A DNA stretch of 64,000 nt from Nitrospirales bacterium (GTDB lineage: Bacteria; Nitrospirota; Nitrospiria; Nitrospirales; UBA8639). The stretch is taken from assembly GCA_965203295.1 (NCBI GenBank), contig CBDBCZ010000017.1, positions 96,001 to 160,000 of the forward strand. Direction: 5' to 3'. Below are positions 13,801-27,600 of the stretch, one piece after another. Both the position numbers and the translations under genes were made by a program. How positions within the stretch are numbered: the stretch's first letter is position 1; every line of letters begins with the position of its first letter. Below the pieces are notes generated by a model, which searched no databases, was not told the origin of the DNA, and saw only the letters and a list, made by a program, of their open reading frames with translations.

Positions 13801-14165
13801 TGGGTAAGCATTGCAGCATGTCATCCAGCTACTTTACTCAAATATTGCATCAGAAACGATCTTAGAAGGCCTAAAATTTTCTGGGGGAGTATGCCCCCAG
13901 ACCCCCCTCGCTAGCGCGCTTCGCGCGTTTTCACACGCTGCGCTTGCTCCTGAGAATGGCCAACCGGACCACTTCAAATCTCGTGGCTATGGCCCTGGAC
14001 AATGAACATGAAAAGGAACGGCCACTGTACTACACACATCTACGTACGCTGAACTACTAATAATAGTTTCAGCGTATTTAATATATGTACCTGAAAGACG
14101 GCGAGAACTTTGATGAGGTCTCTTACATCTTGCGAGAGCGTGAGAATCAGCGACGGCGAGGCCAT
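1803..14165 (-). CDS. Divergent biopterin-dependent aromatic amino acid hydroxylase (PAH/TH/TPH family), copy A, 11 exons, 442 aa
   Basis: Exons in transcript order: 14165-14091, 10196-9870, 6070-6003, 5639-5589, 5288-5190, 4964-4782, 3917-3848, 3172-3116, 2985-2890, 2558-2425, 1971-1803; all GT-AG, total 1329 nt, frame open. Motifs [37 protein letters not shown] (two Fe-His), YWFTVEFG (Fe-Glu), [11 protein letters not shown]. Exon sizes 68/70/57/96/134 match human PAH exons 5 and 8-11. Confidence 0.93.
4260..4404. mobile_element. Short MITE of a TTAA-flanked family (relatives at ~28852-28993, ~31458-31605, 43893-44035)
   Basis: Ends AACTCTTT...AAAGAGTTAA; internal ATTAACGCCTA and ATAAATTCA shared with the other copies. 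Confidence 0.55.
6392..8450. repeat. ~120-bp intronic tandem repeat interrupted by a ~1.5-kb composite insertion (~6637-8122)
   Basis: Unit TACCATCTGAGGTTAGCCAGCTGTCAAATTTAGATAGGTA...GCACATGCACAAGC recurs at ~6392, ~6517, ~8122, ~8242, ~8367. The insert has a 5' hairpin, (GTAAT)n, a B-box GGTTCGAATC (~6847) and a terminal palindrome. Confidence 0.7.
7920..8122. repeat. Long near-perfect palindrome (arms ~73 bp)
   Basis: ACTAAAAAGTTACAAACAAGG...GACTCCCCA is mirrored by TGGGGAGTC...CCTTGTTTGTAACTTTTTAGT. Confidence 0.9.
11974..13382. mobile_element. ~1.4-kb TIR-bounded element in intron 1 of AAAH copy A, absent from copy B
   Basis: ~52-bp imperfect inverted repeats: CGAGAAGGTTCACCCGCCGCGGGCACAGTGGGCATG... 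and its reverse complement ending ...GGGTGAACCTTCTCG. Copy B (~36720-36750) lacks the segment. No clean TSD seen. Confidence 0.7.
12100..12541 (+). pseudogene. Degraded protein kinase C-lobe fragment (possibly IRAK/Pelle-like) inside the TIR element
   Basis: [11 protein letters not shown] (subdomain IX) then GTAAGT donor; after TTTGTAG, VVLETY and (shifted frame) MKAFSAK; later IKRPATDQ (subdomain XI). Frameshifted. Confidence 0.55.
13446..13997. mobile_element. Non-autonomous DNA transposon shared by both units (copy B 36756-38429, with extra internal sequence)
   Basis: TIRs CAGGGCTGTAGCCAC / GTGGCTATGGCCCTG, flanked both sides by GACAA. Confidence 0.7.
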
Positions 14166-14578
14166 ATTGGCGTCCTACGAATCTCAGCGATACAGTATAG
14201 CGGAGCTAATTGCCTATCTATGCACCTACGCAATCGGAAATAATTAGGCGATAATTGGCGCCATCTCCGCAGTATACAGTCTCGCGAGACCACATTCGTT
14301 AATGACTACGCTAGCCTCGACCCCAGCGCTTGCAGGAAGATAAAATGCTTTTTCTTCCTGCAAGCGAAAATAAAAAGCCGGGACGGCTGGGTTTGAGGCT
14401 AAAAACTACAGACAGCAGATCTTAAATATCACACAATTAATACACTATTACAATCTGAGCCATAGAGAGCCACATGTCATGTATATATATACAATAGCTA
14501 TACCTATTTTACATCACAACCAAAAAGAGAATCAGCTATCAAACCTAAGCTACGAGTGGCTCTCAATTGTAGTCTACT

Positions 14579-15451
14579 CTACTCAACGGCAGCGTGTACC
14601 ACATCTAGCGTATAACTATCCCAAGGAGCCACCTTCTTCTTCATCCAAAATTTCCCACTTGGGCTTCCCGACGGAAGAAAAGCGAGGTGGGTTACAATTT
14701 CAGCCCCGTCATCTGGAGTCCCTGGGGCATTGGCAACTGTCATCTCAGTTTTGCACCAGCCGGGACAACAGGCGTTTACGAGGACATCCGTTTTGCCAAG
14801 ACGATCAACTACCTTTTCTAGTACTCTAGTTAAGGTTGTAACGGCAACCTTGGATAAGGCATACGGTGTGTCAAAGCCAGGAATTTTATCCGGCCAACCC
14901 TTTTCGCGATGGCTTCCATCCGCTACATTTTTTACAAACTGGTCCATGAGGTCAACCAGTTGTGCTTCGGTTAGATCGGGGTCTTGGAATTTCTCCTGCA
15001 AGTTTTTTTGCAGAATAGATATGTGGCCAGATGAACCGGAAACGTTGACGATCCTCCCATGGGGACGAACTAACGGTAGGAAAGCACGGCACATATTCAC
15101 CACGCCAGTGAAGTTGGTGCCTATAGTGGCAGTAACTTGCTCTATGTTTGGAGAGGTTTCTCTCAGTTGATAGTCGATTGCAGCGTTGTTAATTAGTATG
15201 TCCACGCCACCGTACTTATCACCGATATACCGCTTCAGCGCTTCAACAGACTCGATGGAAGTTACGTCCAGCTGGTGGAATTTCGGTTTCAGGCCATCAG
15301 CTTCAAGTTTCGCAACCGCTGCAAGACCCTTACTTACGTCCCTCGCTGTCAAATAGACTTCACCCGAGAATTCCTCGCACAATTTTTTCACTGTGGCAAA
15401 TCCAATGCCTTTGTTCGATCCAGTAACGATTGCAACCTTTGCTGATGCCAT
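14579..15451 (-). CDS. Carbonyl reductase (CBR1-like classical SDR), intronless, copy A, 290 aa
   Basis: TGSNKGIG, FHQLDV, YGGVDILINNAAI, YALSK (YxxxK), VNACCPGWCKTEM, PSGKF. NVSG replaces the usual NVSS. Confidence 0.92.
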   Translation of the reverse strand: MASAKVAIVTGSNKGIGFATVKKLCEEFSGEVYLTARDVSKGLAAVAKLEADGLKPKFHQLDVTSIESVEALKRYIGDKYGGVDILINNAAIDYQLRETSPNIEQVTATIGTNFTGVVNMCRAFLPLVRPHGRIVNVSGSSGHISILQKNLQEKFQDPDLTEAQLVDLMDQFVKNVADGSHREKGWPDKIPGFDTPYALSKVAVTTLTRVLEKVVDRLGKTDVLVNACCPGWCKTEMTVANAPGTPDDGAEIVTHLAFLPSGSPSGKFWMKKKVAPWDSYTLDVVHAAVE

Positions 15452-16664
15452 GATCGTGAACTAGGCCGAACTCATCCACTAGCGACTCCGGGAGGTCAAC
15501 TAACTTTTGACCTTTCACGCGCTCGATCGCTCGATCACGCAAAGCGCAACCATGATAGATAGATAGATAGATAATGTACCGCGGGAGCGTGGTTTGCACC
15601 CACCTAACTATATTAACGTTCATGTAAGGATGCACTTCGACAAAAACAAAGGAAGCAAGCTACAACTCACACCGCAATGCGTTCACAGACTACCTACATG
15701 TACGCATAACAGCCCAATGCATTTCGGGGTAGCTAGCTACATATCACAGTGCAGTGTTTATGGAGAACATCCTGGGTAAGGAGATGTAGGAAGGACGGTC
15801 TCCGTAAACGCACTGCAGTGTGATTTGTAGTTACCCTGTAATGCATTGGGCTGTGATGTATATTGGGAGGTGTGCATATCAGTGATATACCACCTGCTAT
15901 AATTATATGGAAGAGGTTTTTGGGCCTGATGGGTATACATAAACCTCCCAATACAAACAAGTGGTATAGCAATGATATTCCCCCATAAACCTCCCAATAC
16001 AAGCAAGTGGTATAGCAATGATATTCACAGATTGGGTACATTTCATATGTTATAAATTTGATGAGGTGTAGATGTACATCTGCCTGCCGTTTCCATAGCA
16101 GCACGACCACGTGGCACATTCCATGCCCCTAGCGGCCTGGATGTGGGTTGCTTGGCAACTTTGGCTTCTTAATTCAGTTGTGTGAGAAGGATGGTCACAG
16201 TTGCCAAGCAACCTCTAGGCCTGGCACACCTGGGATATGTAAATTCACAGCAGCCATACATATCACTAGGAATCTAAAACCCACCCATGTATTCTTCATG
16301 AATATTCAGATACAAGGCGCTTGATCAATTAGTGATCAAAAGTAATTGCTAGTGTGAAAAGCAGTAAATTGTGCAGGGGTTGCAAAATGTCAATTTCCTA
16401 TTAATTCACAAAGCACACTAGTGCATTATGCGAAAGATGTCAGATGAAGAATGATTTAGCTACCAAGCAAAGGCTCTAAGGAATCCTACAGGGAGGTTGC
16501 TGAAATGGTGAGTGAATGTGGACCCGCAGAACGCTTTGTTTGATGAGACAGGGGATGTATCAGTGCGAAAGTCTCCAGAAAATGTAGGCTATACCCCAAA
16601 ATGCCTGAAGTGATTTGTGAAGAGCATTCCACACAAGCCATGGCAACAGCCATAGCTACATGTA

Positions 16665-17044
16665 CCGTATTGTCCCGAGCAAGCGCCCACCCCTGTGTAA
16701 GCGCCCACCCCCCAGTTTTGATAAGCCTATTGTCTGGGAGTCTCCTCCGTGTAAGCGCCCACCTTGTATTCATACCAGTATTACGCAATGCCATGCAATA
16801 TGTTAACTGGTCATGCAGAGGCTAGGCTTCCTGTGGAGTACTACTGAAGCTTTACAAGGGATAAGTGCATGCATTCTTTCCAATGGCTTCATGGTAGTAG
16901 CTGAAGCAGTACAAGTAAGTGGAGGGTGGGCCCTTACACAGTGGTAACTGAGTAGTTCAAAGGGCTCCTCTGTGTAAGCGCCCACCCATAATTTTTCTAG
17001 CGTGAGCTGCAAGCGCCCATGGGCGCTTGCTCGGGACAATACGG
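16665..17044. mobile_element. Tc1/mariner (pogo-like) MITE, copy A only
   Basis: TIRs CCGTATTGTCCCGAGCAAGCGCCCA / TGGGCGCTTGCTCGGGACAATACGG with TA flanks; empty site near 44600 in copy B. Confidence 0.85.
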
Positions 17045-17697
17045 TATATACCAGATTACGTTTGTATGAGACCAATAAATTAGTGGTCAAAATTTGTTAG
17101 TGTGGAATTCTAGAAATTCTACAAATTTCCGTTCTCTCATGCATGCAGACTCTAGCTTTCCTGTTGAGAGTCTGGTCACGCAAGACTGGTCCTGTATCAC
17201 TTCTTTCCTTTGTCTGACTCGTGCAAAAACCCGCCTGTGATCATTTTTGAAATAAAGTGTAAGATGAGATCTCGGCTACATGTAGCTGCCAGGTTATATA
17301 CATGTATCTCTAGCCACCTGCGGACTTCATCAGAAATTGTGTATGCGTACTAGCTATAGTTCAGTATGCTACTTCCCCCAGCTTTGATGTCCGTGTACAT
17401 GTGACCAGCGTACCTGCCATCCCTCTGCTGTAACACTATTCATCAACCTCATGCACACACCAGTTTTATTCATCACCCCTTTGTGCATGTACCTTACGAT
17501 ACTGCCTTTGAAGAACTTCTTGGCCCCTTCCACTGTGTTGGCTCCAACTTGGCCTATTTTTAATCACTGTAAATTATTTTTGGCACACTTCATGATATAC
17601 TTTCCACTGCATAAACTTTCACAGAATAAAAACTCTAGCTAGCTAGCTAATATATACTCATTTGTCATAACACAGATATTAACATGAAGCCATGCAG

Positions 17698-18528
17698 CTA
17701 CTCTTTTTCTGCTACAACAAACATTAGTCCAGTTTCTGTTTGGCCCGACATAAGATTCGCAGAATTCAGTGAAAACTTTTCAAAGGAAATACTTTTAAAC
17801 CCTGCTTCAGTGAGGGAGGTTGTAATCAGCTCCTCTGACTCTTCCAAGACTCGGAACTTTTCTGAACGATTCGAATCGAGGTGTAGATCGTAGAATTTCT
17901 CTCCTTCAGTGCAATAGATTACTATTCGTCCCCCTGAATTGAGGAGCGCTGACAGCCTAGCCACGGCTGATTTGTATTCCTCTGCAGTTGCACACGCTGG
18001 TCCCAAGCATAGGCATGTGATGATTACATCATACGGACCCTCGTATCCGAGTTGAATCGGCGGCTCCTGCGAAGCATCACAGGCAACAATAGCTTTGATG
18101 ACGCTACGTAGCTTTTCCTCGCGAGTTTTCGCTTCTCGCTCGCTTTTCCCTTCCAAGTTCTGGACAACGTACCGGAAGTACGGAGACCAATCGTGCGCAT
18201 CCCGATCGCCGTCTTTCCACTTCTGCAGCGTTTCTCGATTTGCTGCGGTATATTCCGACAGCACTATCTCCGAAGCGTGCAGGGCAGAGCTGATCTGCCA
18301 CAGAATACAGGGACCGGCTCCAAATTCCAGAATCTTCAGGTCCCGCCGTCGCGGTGAAAAGGAAGCCCAAAATTTGTGCAACTGCTGCAGTGGGAACACG
18401 CAGTGGACCACGTTAGTGACGTCTCCGGAGTACCTCGGCTTCAAGTACGCCTCTGGATCGAAAGTATTGTGGTAACTGCTTCCGAAGCCCAACTCTGTAT
18501 CACAGTCCGCTCCGCTCGTCATATTCAT
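17698..18528 (-). CDS. NNMT/INMT/PNMT-family small-molecule SAM-dependent methyltransferase, intronless, copy A, 276 aa
   Basis: FDPEAYL, LEFGAGP (SAM motif I), EIVLSEYT..NRETLQKW, AHDWSPY, LEG, EEKLRSVIKAIVACD, DVIITCLCL. Confidence 0.92.
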   Translation of the reverse strand: MNMTSGADCDTELGFGSSYHNTFDPEAYLKPRYSGDVTNVVHCVFPLQQLHKFWASFSPRRRDLKILEFGAGPCILWQISSALHASEIVLSEYTAANRETLQKWKDGDRDAHDWSPYFRYVVQNLEGKSEREAKTREEKLRSVIKAIVACDASQEPPIQLGYEGPYDVIITCLCLGPACATAEEYKSAVARLSALLNSGGRIVIYCTEGEKFYDLHLDSNRSEKFRVLEESEELITTSLTEAGFKSISFEKFSLNSANLMSGQTETGLMFVVAEKE

Positions 18529-18741
18529 AAGCTTTGTTGATTTTGCTCATGAAAAGTATTACGCTATGCTATAGGATGTAGTTTGTGCAAAGCTACACTA
18601 TTATATACATCACCTGTAGCTAATTGTTACGTCGCATCCTCTGTTAAATCGATGGCCTGATCGAGGCGCTCGCGCATGCCCGACTGCAGTCTCGTGACCA
18701 AGTGTCTAGTCTCGTGATCATGAGGTACGCCCACGTCATTA
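18529..18741. promoter_or_regulatory. Probable bidirectional promoter between the methyltransferase and HINT genes (copy B 46064-46270)
   Basis: Divergent start codons about 210 bp apart; CpG-rich; two GTCTCGTGA motifs; conserved in both units. Confidence 0.55.
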
Positions 18742-22591
<3,850 letters not shown>

Positions 22592-23383
22592 ATCAACTCT
22601 TGACTACCGTTCCTTTACAACCATACTGAGTGCTATAGTATGCATACGTGACATGTCTTATGTACGTATATAAAAATTTCCTGAAATGCGTTACAAGGGA
22701 ATTTGACAGGAAATATGGCATTCCAGGTACAGGGTAGTATAGGATAGGAAAGGAAATTCTGCCCTATCCTATACTACCCTGTACCTGAAATACCAAATTT
22801 CCTATCACATTTCTTGCAATGCATTTCAGGAAATTCCACTTTTTTTTGCTGTGCATGACTACGTACAGTTCCTTTGCAACTAGTGCTATAGTATGCATAC
22901 GTGTATTATGTACACAGGTTAAATTTCCTAAAATGCGTTAGCTACAATATATAGAGGAAATTCGACAGGAAATATGGTGTTTTAAATACAGGGTATAGGG
23001 CAGAAAATCATGAAATTCTGCCCTATCCTATATACTACCTTCTACCTGAAATACCGGATTTCCTGTCAAATTTCTTTGTAACGCATTTCCACTTTTTTTT
23101 GCTGTGGTATATATACATAGGTACTGCATGTATATGTATATCATAGTGTGTGACCACATAATATTTTTTGATGACACTGTGCATGCTATAATTATACTTA
23201 CAGCAAGAAAAAGGTGTATGCAGAGTCAATAATACGTACATAGACATACGAGAAGAAAAGGCTCGAATTATTATAGCACTTCCATCGTCAACAGTAGCAC
23301 AATGTACAATAAGGTCGTTCTTTACATTATAGTAATTAAGCTAGTGCTCTCATGAGGCATAGCTGCATGCCTGAGAGCTGACG

Positions 23384-24330
23384 TCACTTGAGAACCATGA
23401 TCTGTTCAAGAGGCTTCCTCTTCACGTCTGGAACAGTAGCGTCCTCAGCGGGATAGCCCACCGGTAGCAGGACCATCACCTGGATGATGGAGAACAGGTG
23501 ATGATAGCATGCCCATACCAATCTGATTTACTTGGGGGGGGGGGGGGTAGTCTCGTGCCCAGACCATACCCTTCCTTGTGGGGAAAGTGGTCTGGCTACG
23601 CAAGGTCCAATTCAATCCTGGGGCTACCGGATGCACTAAAGCCAGTTAATTGCACGTGCGAGAATGCACATAATTGAATTAGTGAATGCGGAGTAGTACT
23701 ATAGTATTGCTATTACTGTATGAGATCGCTATACGGCTATAGAGACGAATGGCGGCCGCCCCAAGCTCGCGAACACATCTCCCAGCAGAAAAGGTTGCAG
23801 TATACTACTCTAATCTTTGATTGTATCCCAATTTCTGGATGCCAAATAACACTGCCGATTTCACCCCATCCACAGGAATCTCTCGCTATAGATGCTTCAC
23901 CAACGCTTTCGAAGCCATCCTTCCACCACAATGCGTGTCCCGGACCCCAATTAACGCCATTCTGCAATCTGATTGGTCGCATTGAGATTTTGAGACTAGC
24001 CCCCGGATTTAAACTTACGTAGCCAGACCACTTTCCCAAAATGTACACGTCGGGGTTCTGCCCCAAATGAATACCTTAGATAAAAGCTACATGTAGTATA
24101 ATATTTATTGAAAGTCTAATTCCCTTCTGCTTTTCAGAAGTGCAGGAAATTGCTACATCACTGTAAGCTTGTACTGTTCGCAGCCTAAGTGCAGTGTACT
24201 GACAGTCTGCTCTACCTTCTCATTGTCAGGCCTCCCCAGTAGCTCTCTAAGGGCCACTCCAGCATTGAGAGGCGTGGTGGTAACTGTACTGTCTGCTCTA
24301 CCTTCTCATTGTCAGGCCTCCCCAGTAGCT
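23384..24330 (-). pseudogene. 5'-truncated IYD duplicate (last exon plus end of the penultimate exon)
   Basis: 23479-23384 encodes [31 protein letters not shown]; ~24215-24288 encodes [24 protein letters not shown]; upstream exons are absent because the duplication junction lies at ~24330. Confidence 0.85.
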
Positions 24331-24698
24331 GTAATTTTGTTCATCAGTTAAACACTTTCATTCTGTTCGGTTCTAGAGCCTGTGTAAGATCTGGGATTAA
24401 AACAAACGTAAATACCATTGCAAATTCACAACCCCAAACCAACTCTCCAATGCATACAATTCTTTATACTTATCCTCAAAATTACATACAACTACAGAAA
24501 CAAAAAAATACCTATTAGCAGTAACTAACTAAGAGACTAGGCGCACTCAAACTAAAACAAACACTATCTAGCTACATGTAACACACAGCCAGGCTACGTA
24601 CACAGTAATGAACTACATGTACAGCTGCATACTCTAGGTATAATTATATAGATAGACATGTAAACTCATGTCTCTAATGGCAGGCCATAGTTGCATAA

Positions 24699-27600
24699 TT
24701 AGCTATAGACAGTTTGTCTCTTCAGTGCATCTTGCAGCACTCCCATCTCGTAGTGGATGTCCCTTGCATACTCCTCCACTGCTCTGCAGCTGTCCAGTAC
24801 CTCAATGGATTGGGTGTAGGGGTCGTATTTCAGGCCAAAAGAGCGAGGAATACTCTTGGTAAACTCTCTGGAAATAAGGCAATATAATAGCAAATAGCTA
24901 GACCATACGTATGGTAAGCTCTCGGACTGGAAGTAAGGCAATATTATGAAAGTTAATCAACATTCAGTAGCTAGATCGTACGCGTGGTAAACTCTCTGGA
25001 AATAAGGGAATATTATGATAGCTGATCAACATTCAGTAGCTAGATCGTATGTGTGGTAAACTCTTTGGAAGTAAGGCAATATTATGAAAGTTGATCAACA
25101 TTCAGTAGCTAGATCGTACGCGTGGTAAACTCTCTGGAAATAAGGGAATATTATGATAGCTGATCAACATTCAGTAGCTAGATCGTATGTGTGGTAAACT
25201 CTTTGGAAGTAAGGCAATATTATGAAAGTTGATCAACATTCAGTAGCTAGATCGTACGTGTGGTAAACTCTCTGGAAATAAGGTAATATTATGATGGCTA
25301 ATCAACATTTCAGTAGCTAGATCGTATGTGTGGTAAACTCTCTGGAAATAAGGCAATATTACGATGGCTAATCAACATTCAGTAGCTAGATCGTACGTGT
25401 GGTAAACTCTCTGGAAATAAGGCAATATTATGATAGCTGATCAACATTCAGTAGCTAGATCGTATGTGTGGTAAACTCTCTGGAAATAAGGCAATATTAC
25501 GATAGCTAAACAACATTCAGTAGCTAGATCGTACGTGTGGTAAACTCTCTGGAAATAAGGCAATATTATGATAGCTGATCAACATTCAGTAGCTAGATCG
25601 TATGCATGGTAAACTCTCTGGAAATAAGGTAATATTACGATGGCTAATCAACATCAGTAGCTAGATCTATACGTACGTCTAGCTATTTCATAAAGCTAGC
25701 AAATTATGCTAAATTCATTATTAAAATAGTGAAACGTCCCTATTGGTAGTAGCTAATTAAGCTTCTTAGGGTAAAGCAATGCAAAACACTGTTCATAGGC
25801 TCACTAACTACTCAGCTTGTTTTCTTTTGGAAAAAACACACTAGCTAGTTCGAAAAAGCTGGGGTGTGGAGCCTAGAAATGAGGATAGCTATACTCAGCT
25901 ACTCTTACGTACATCATTCTATCCCTCATGTCAGTGAGACTCTGGGCTACAAACAAGACAGGCTGTAAGTCAACGTCAGGGTACGACTGAACCAGAGCCT
26001 GAGAGATGTCGAATTCTTTGTGCTCGACTTCATCTGAGAGACAGCGCTGTACATGACGGAAAAGACAGGGGGGCTGCAAGTAAAAAAATCCTGGGACAAC
26101 TGGGTATACGAGAACAGTATAGCAGTAGTAAACTGATATAGTCGACTACCTAACTTATTTACAGCTGTCTCATCGGAAGTATACAATGTAGGTACTATCA
26201 GGAGCGCATCGAGCCGGCGAAGCACATCGAGCCGGCTTCACCGGCTTGATGCGCTCCTGGTACTATCCACGTTGAACCGGGTTCTCTTTCTATCAACCTG
26301 TCTCCATATGGTTGTTTTAGTATGGCTTCAAATAAATAGATTTAGTCATATCAAGAAATATGTAACATATTTCTGTTTATCACACCAGTTAGCACCTTCT
26401 CCCCGGAGTACAGATATACAGCAGATATGGGACAAGACACAGTTTTTCTATAATAACTTGTTCATGTTATATATAATGCAATTTTATAGGTAGAAATCAT
26501 ATTCTACAGATAGTTAGCTTTAATTTGGTATCAATAACATGACACTGTTACCGTCTACTGGCCGGCCGATTATACATGATTATAGCTAACGCTTCAGTAC
26601 AGTGGTGAATGAGGGGTCAAAGGTCATTTATTTTCGAACCGCTCTGAATCTAATACTGCGCATATAATCGAAAATTATAGGTAAAATTGAAATAGTCTCA
26701 GGTAAGAGGATTTCAAAAATATTCGGTTTGTGTGAATTCAGTGTTCTGTCGCTGGGCCGATTTGTTTTGAAGCGGTAGCTGTTGAAGAATCAATGACGCT
26801 AAGGAAGTCCTGCCTGTCAAGCGTTTCATAAGCAGTTCTAAATTCTCACGACTACTGTCCTTTCCATTATGGTGTGCCTTCTGTTTTGCTTCACTGCTCA
26901 CGGTAGGCGAATGCATGCGCATCGGGAGTCTGATGCTGACTTTCTTTAGTAATACATACATACAAAGCATTTACAAAAAAGCAGGAAACCAAACAGACTT
27001 CAAAGAAAAGTGCGAAAACAACCACTTCACACATTGAACATTTATGACACATACTTCTTGATATGTTTAGTAAAATCTAAGGATGAACGAAATTTTAGTT
27101 TTAGGTTTAGTCAGCTAACTAAAAAGAAAAAAGGATTAGTAATTAAACACTTTTAGTATTAGTTAACCATAACTAAATGGGTTAATTCTGGTGAAAAAAA
27201 TATTAGTTTAGTCGTGGTTTATTCCCAGAAGCCAGTGCCCTTGAAGTTTTGGTTTTAGATAGTTAACTAAATCTGTTTTTACTCCAACTAAAACGTTTTT
27301 TAGTTGCTACTCCATAGACCTGTCAAATAATACATGTGCTGGTTGGAAATCAGCAACATACTTAGTTCAGAGATTATTTTTAATAATATATATCTAGCTA
27401 AAATTTGCTTATGATACTATACAATGTGAAGTTTTGAACAAAACAATGGGCGACTTACGACTAATTCACGATTGCTTGAGAGTAGACTTGCACCATAAAC
27501 TTTGGGTTTTCCATTCTCTTGACAAAGGCCAACTTCCACTGTGAACCAGTACAACTGTTTCAATATATCACACATGTGGAAGAACAAACGCACAATAAAA

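Noticed and set aside
14730..15170. Plus-strand ORFs overlapping CBR and methyltransferase genes (also 18095-18475, 39501-39797, 45630-46010)
   Set aside because: Antisense shadows of real minus-strand genes with no recognisable motifs.
14579..18528. Bacterial contamination or symbiont operon as source of the intronless genes
   Set aside because: Both proteins are animal-type (CBR1-like, NNMT-like) and are interleaved with host MITEs and spliced genes in both units.
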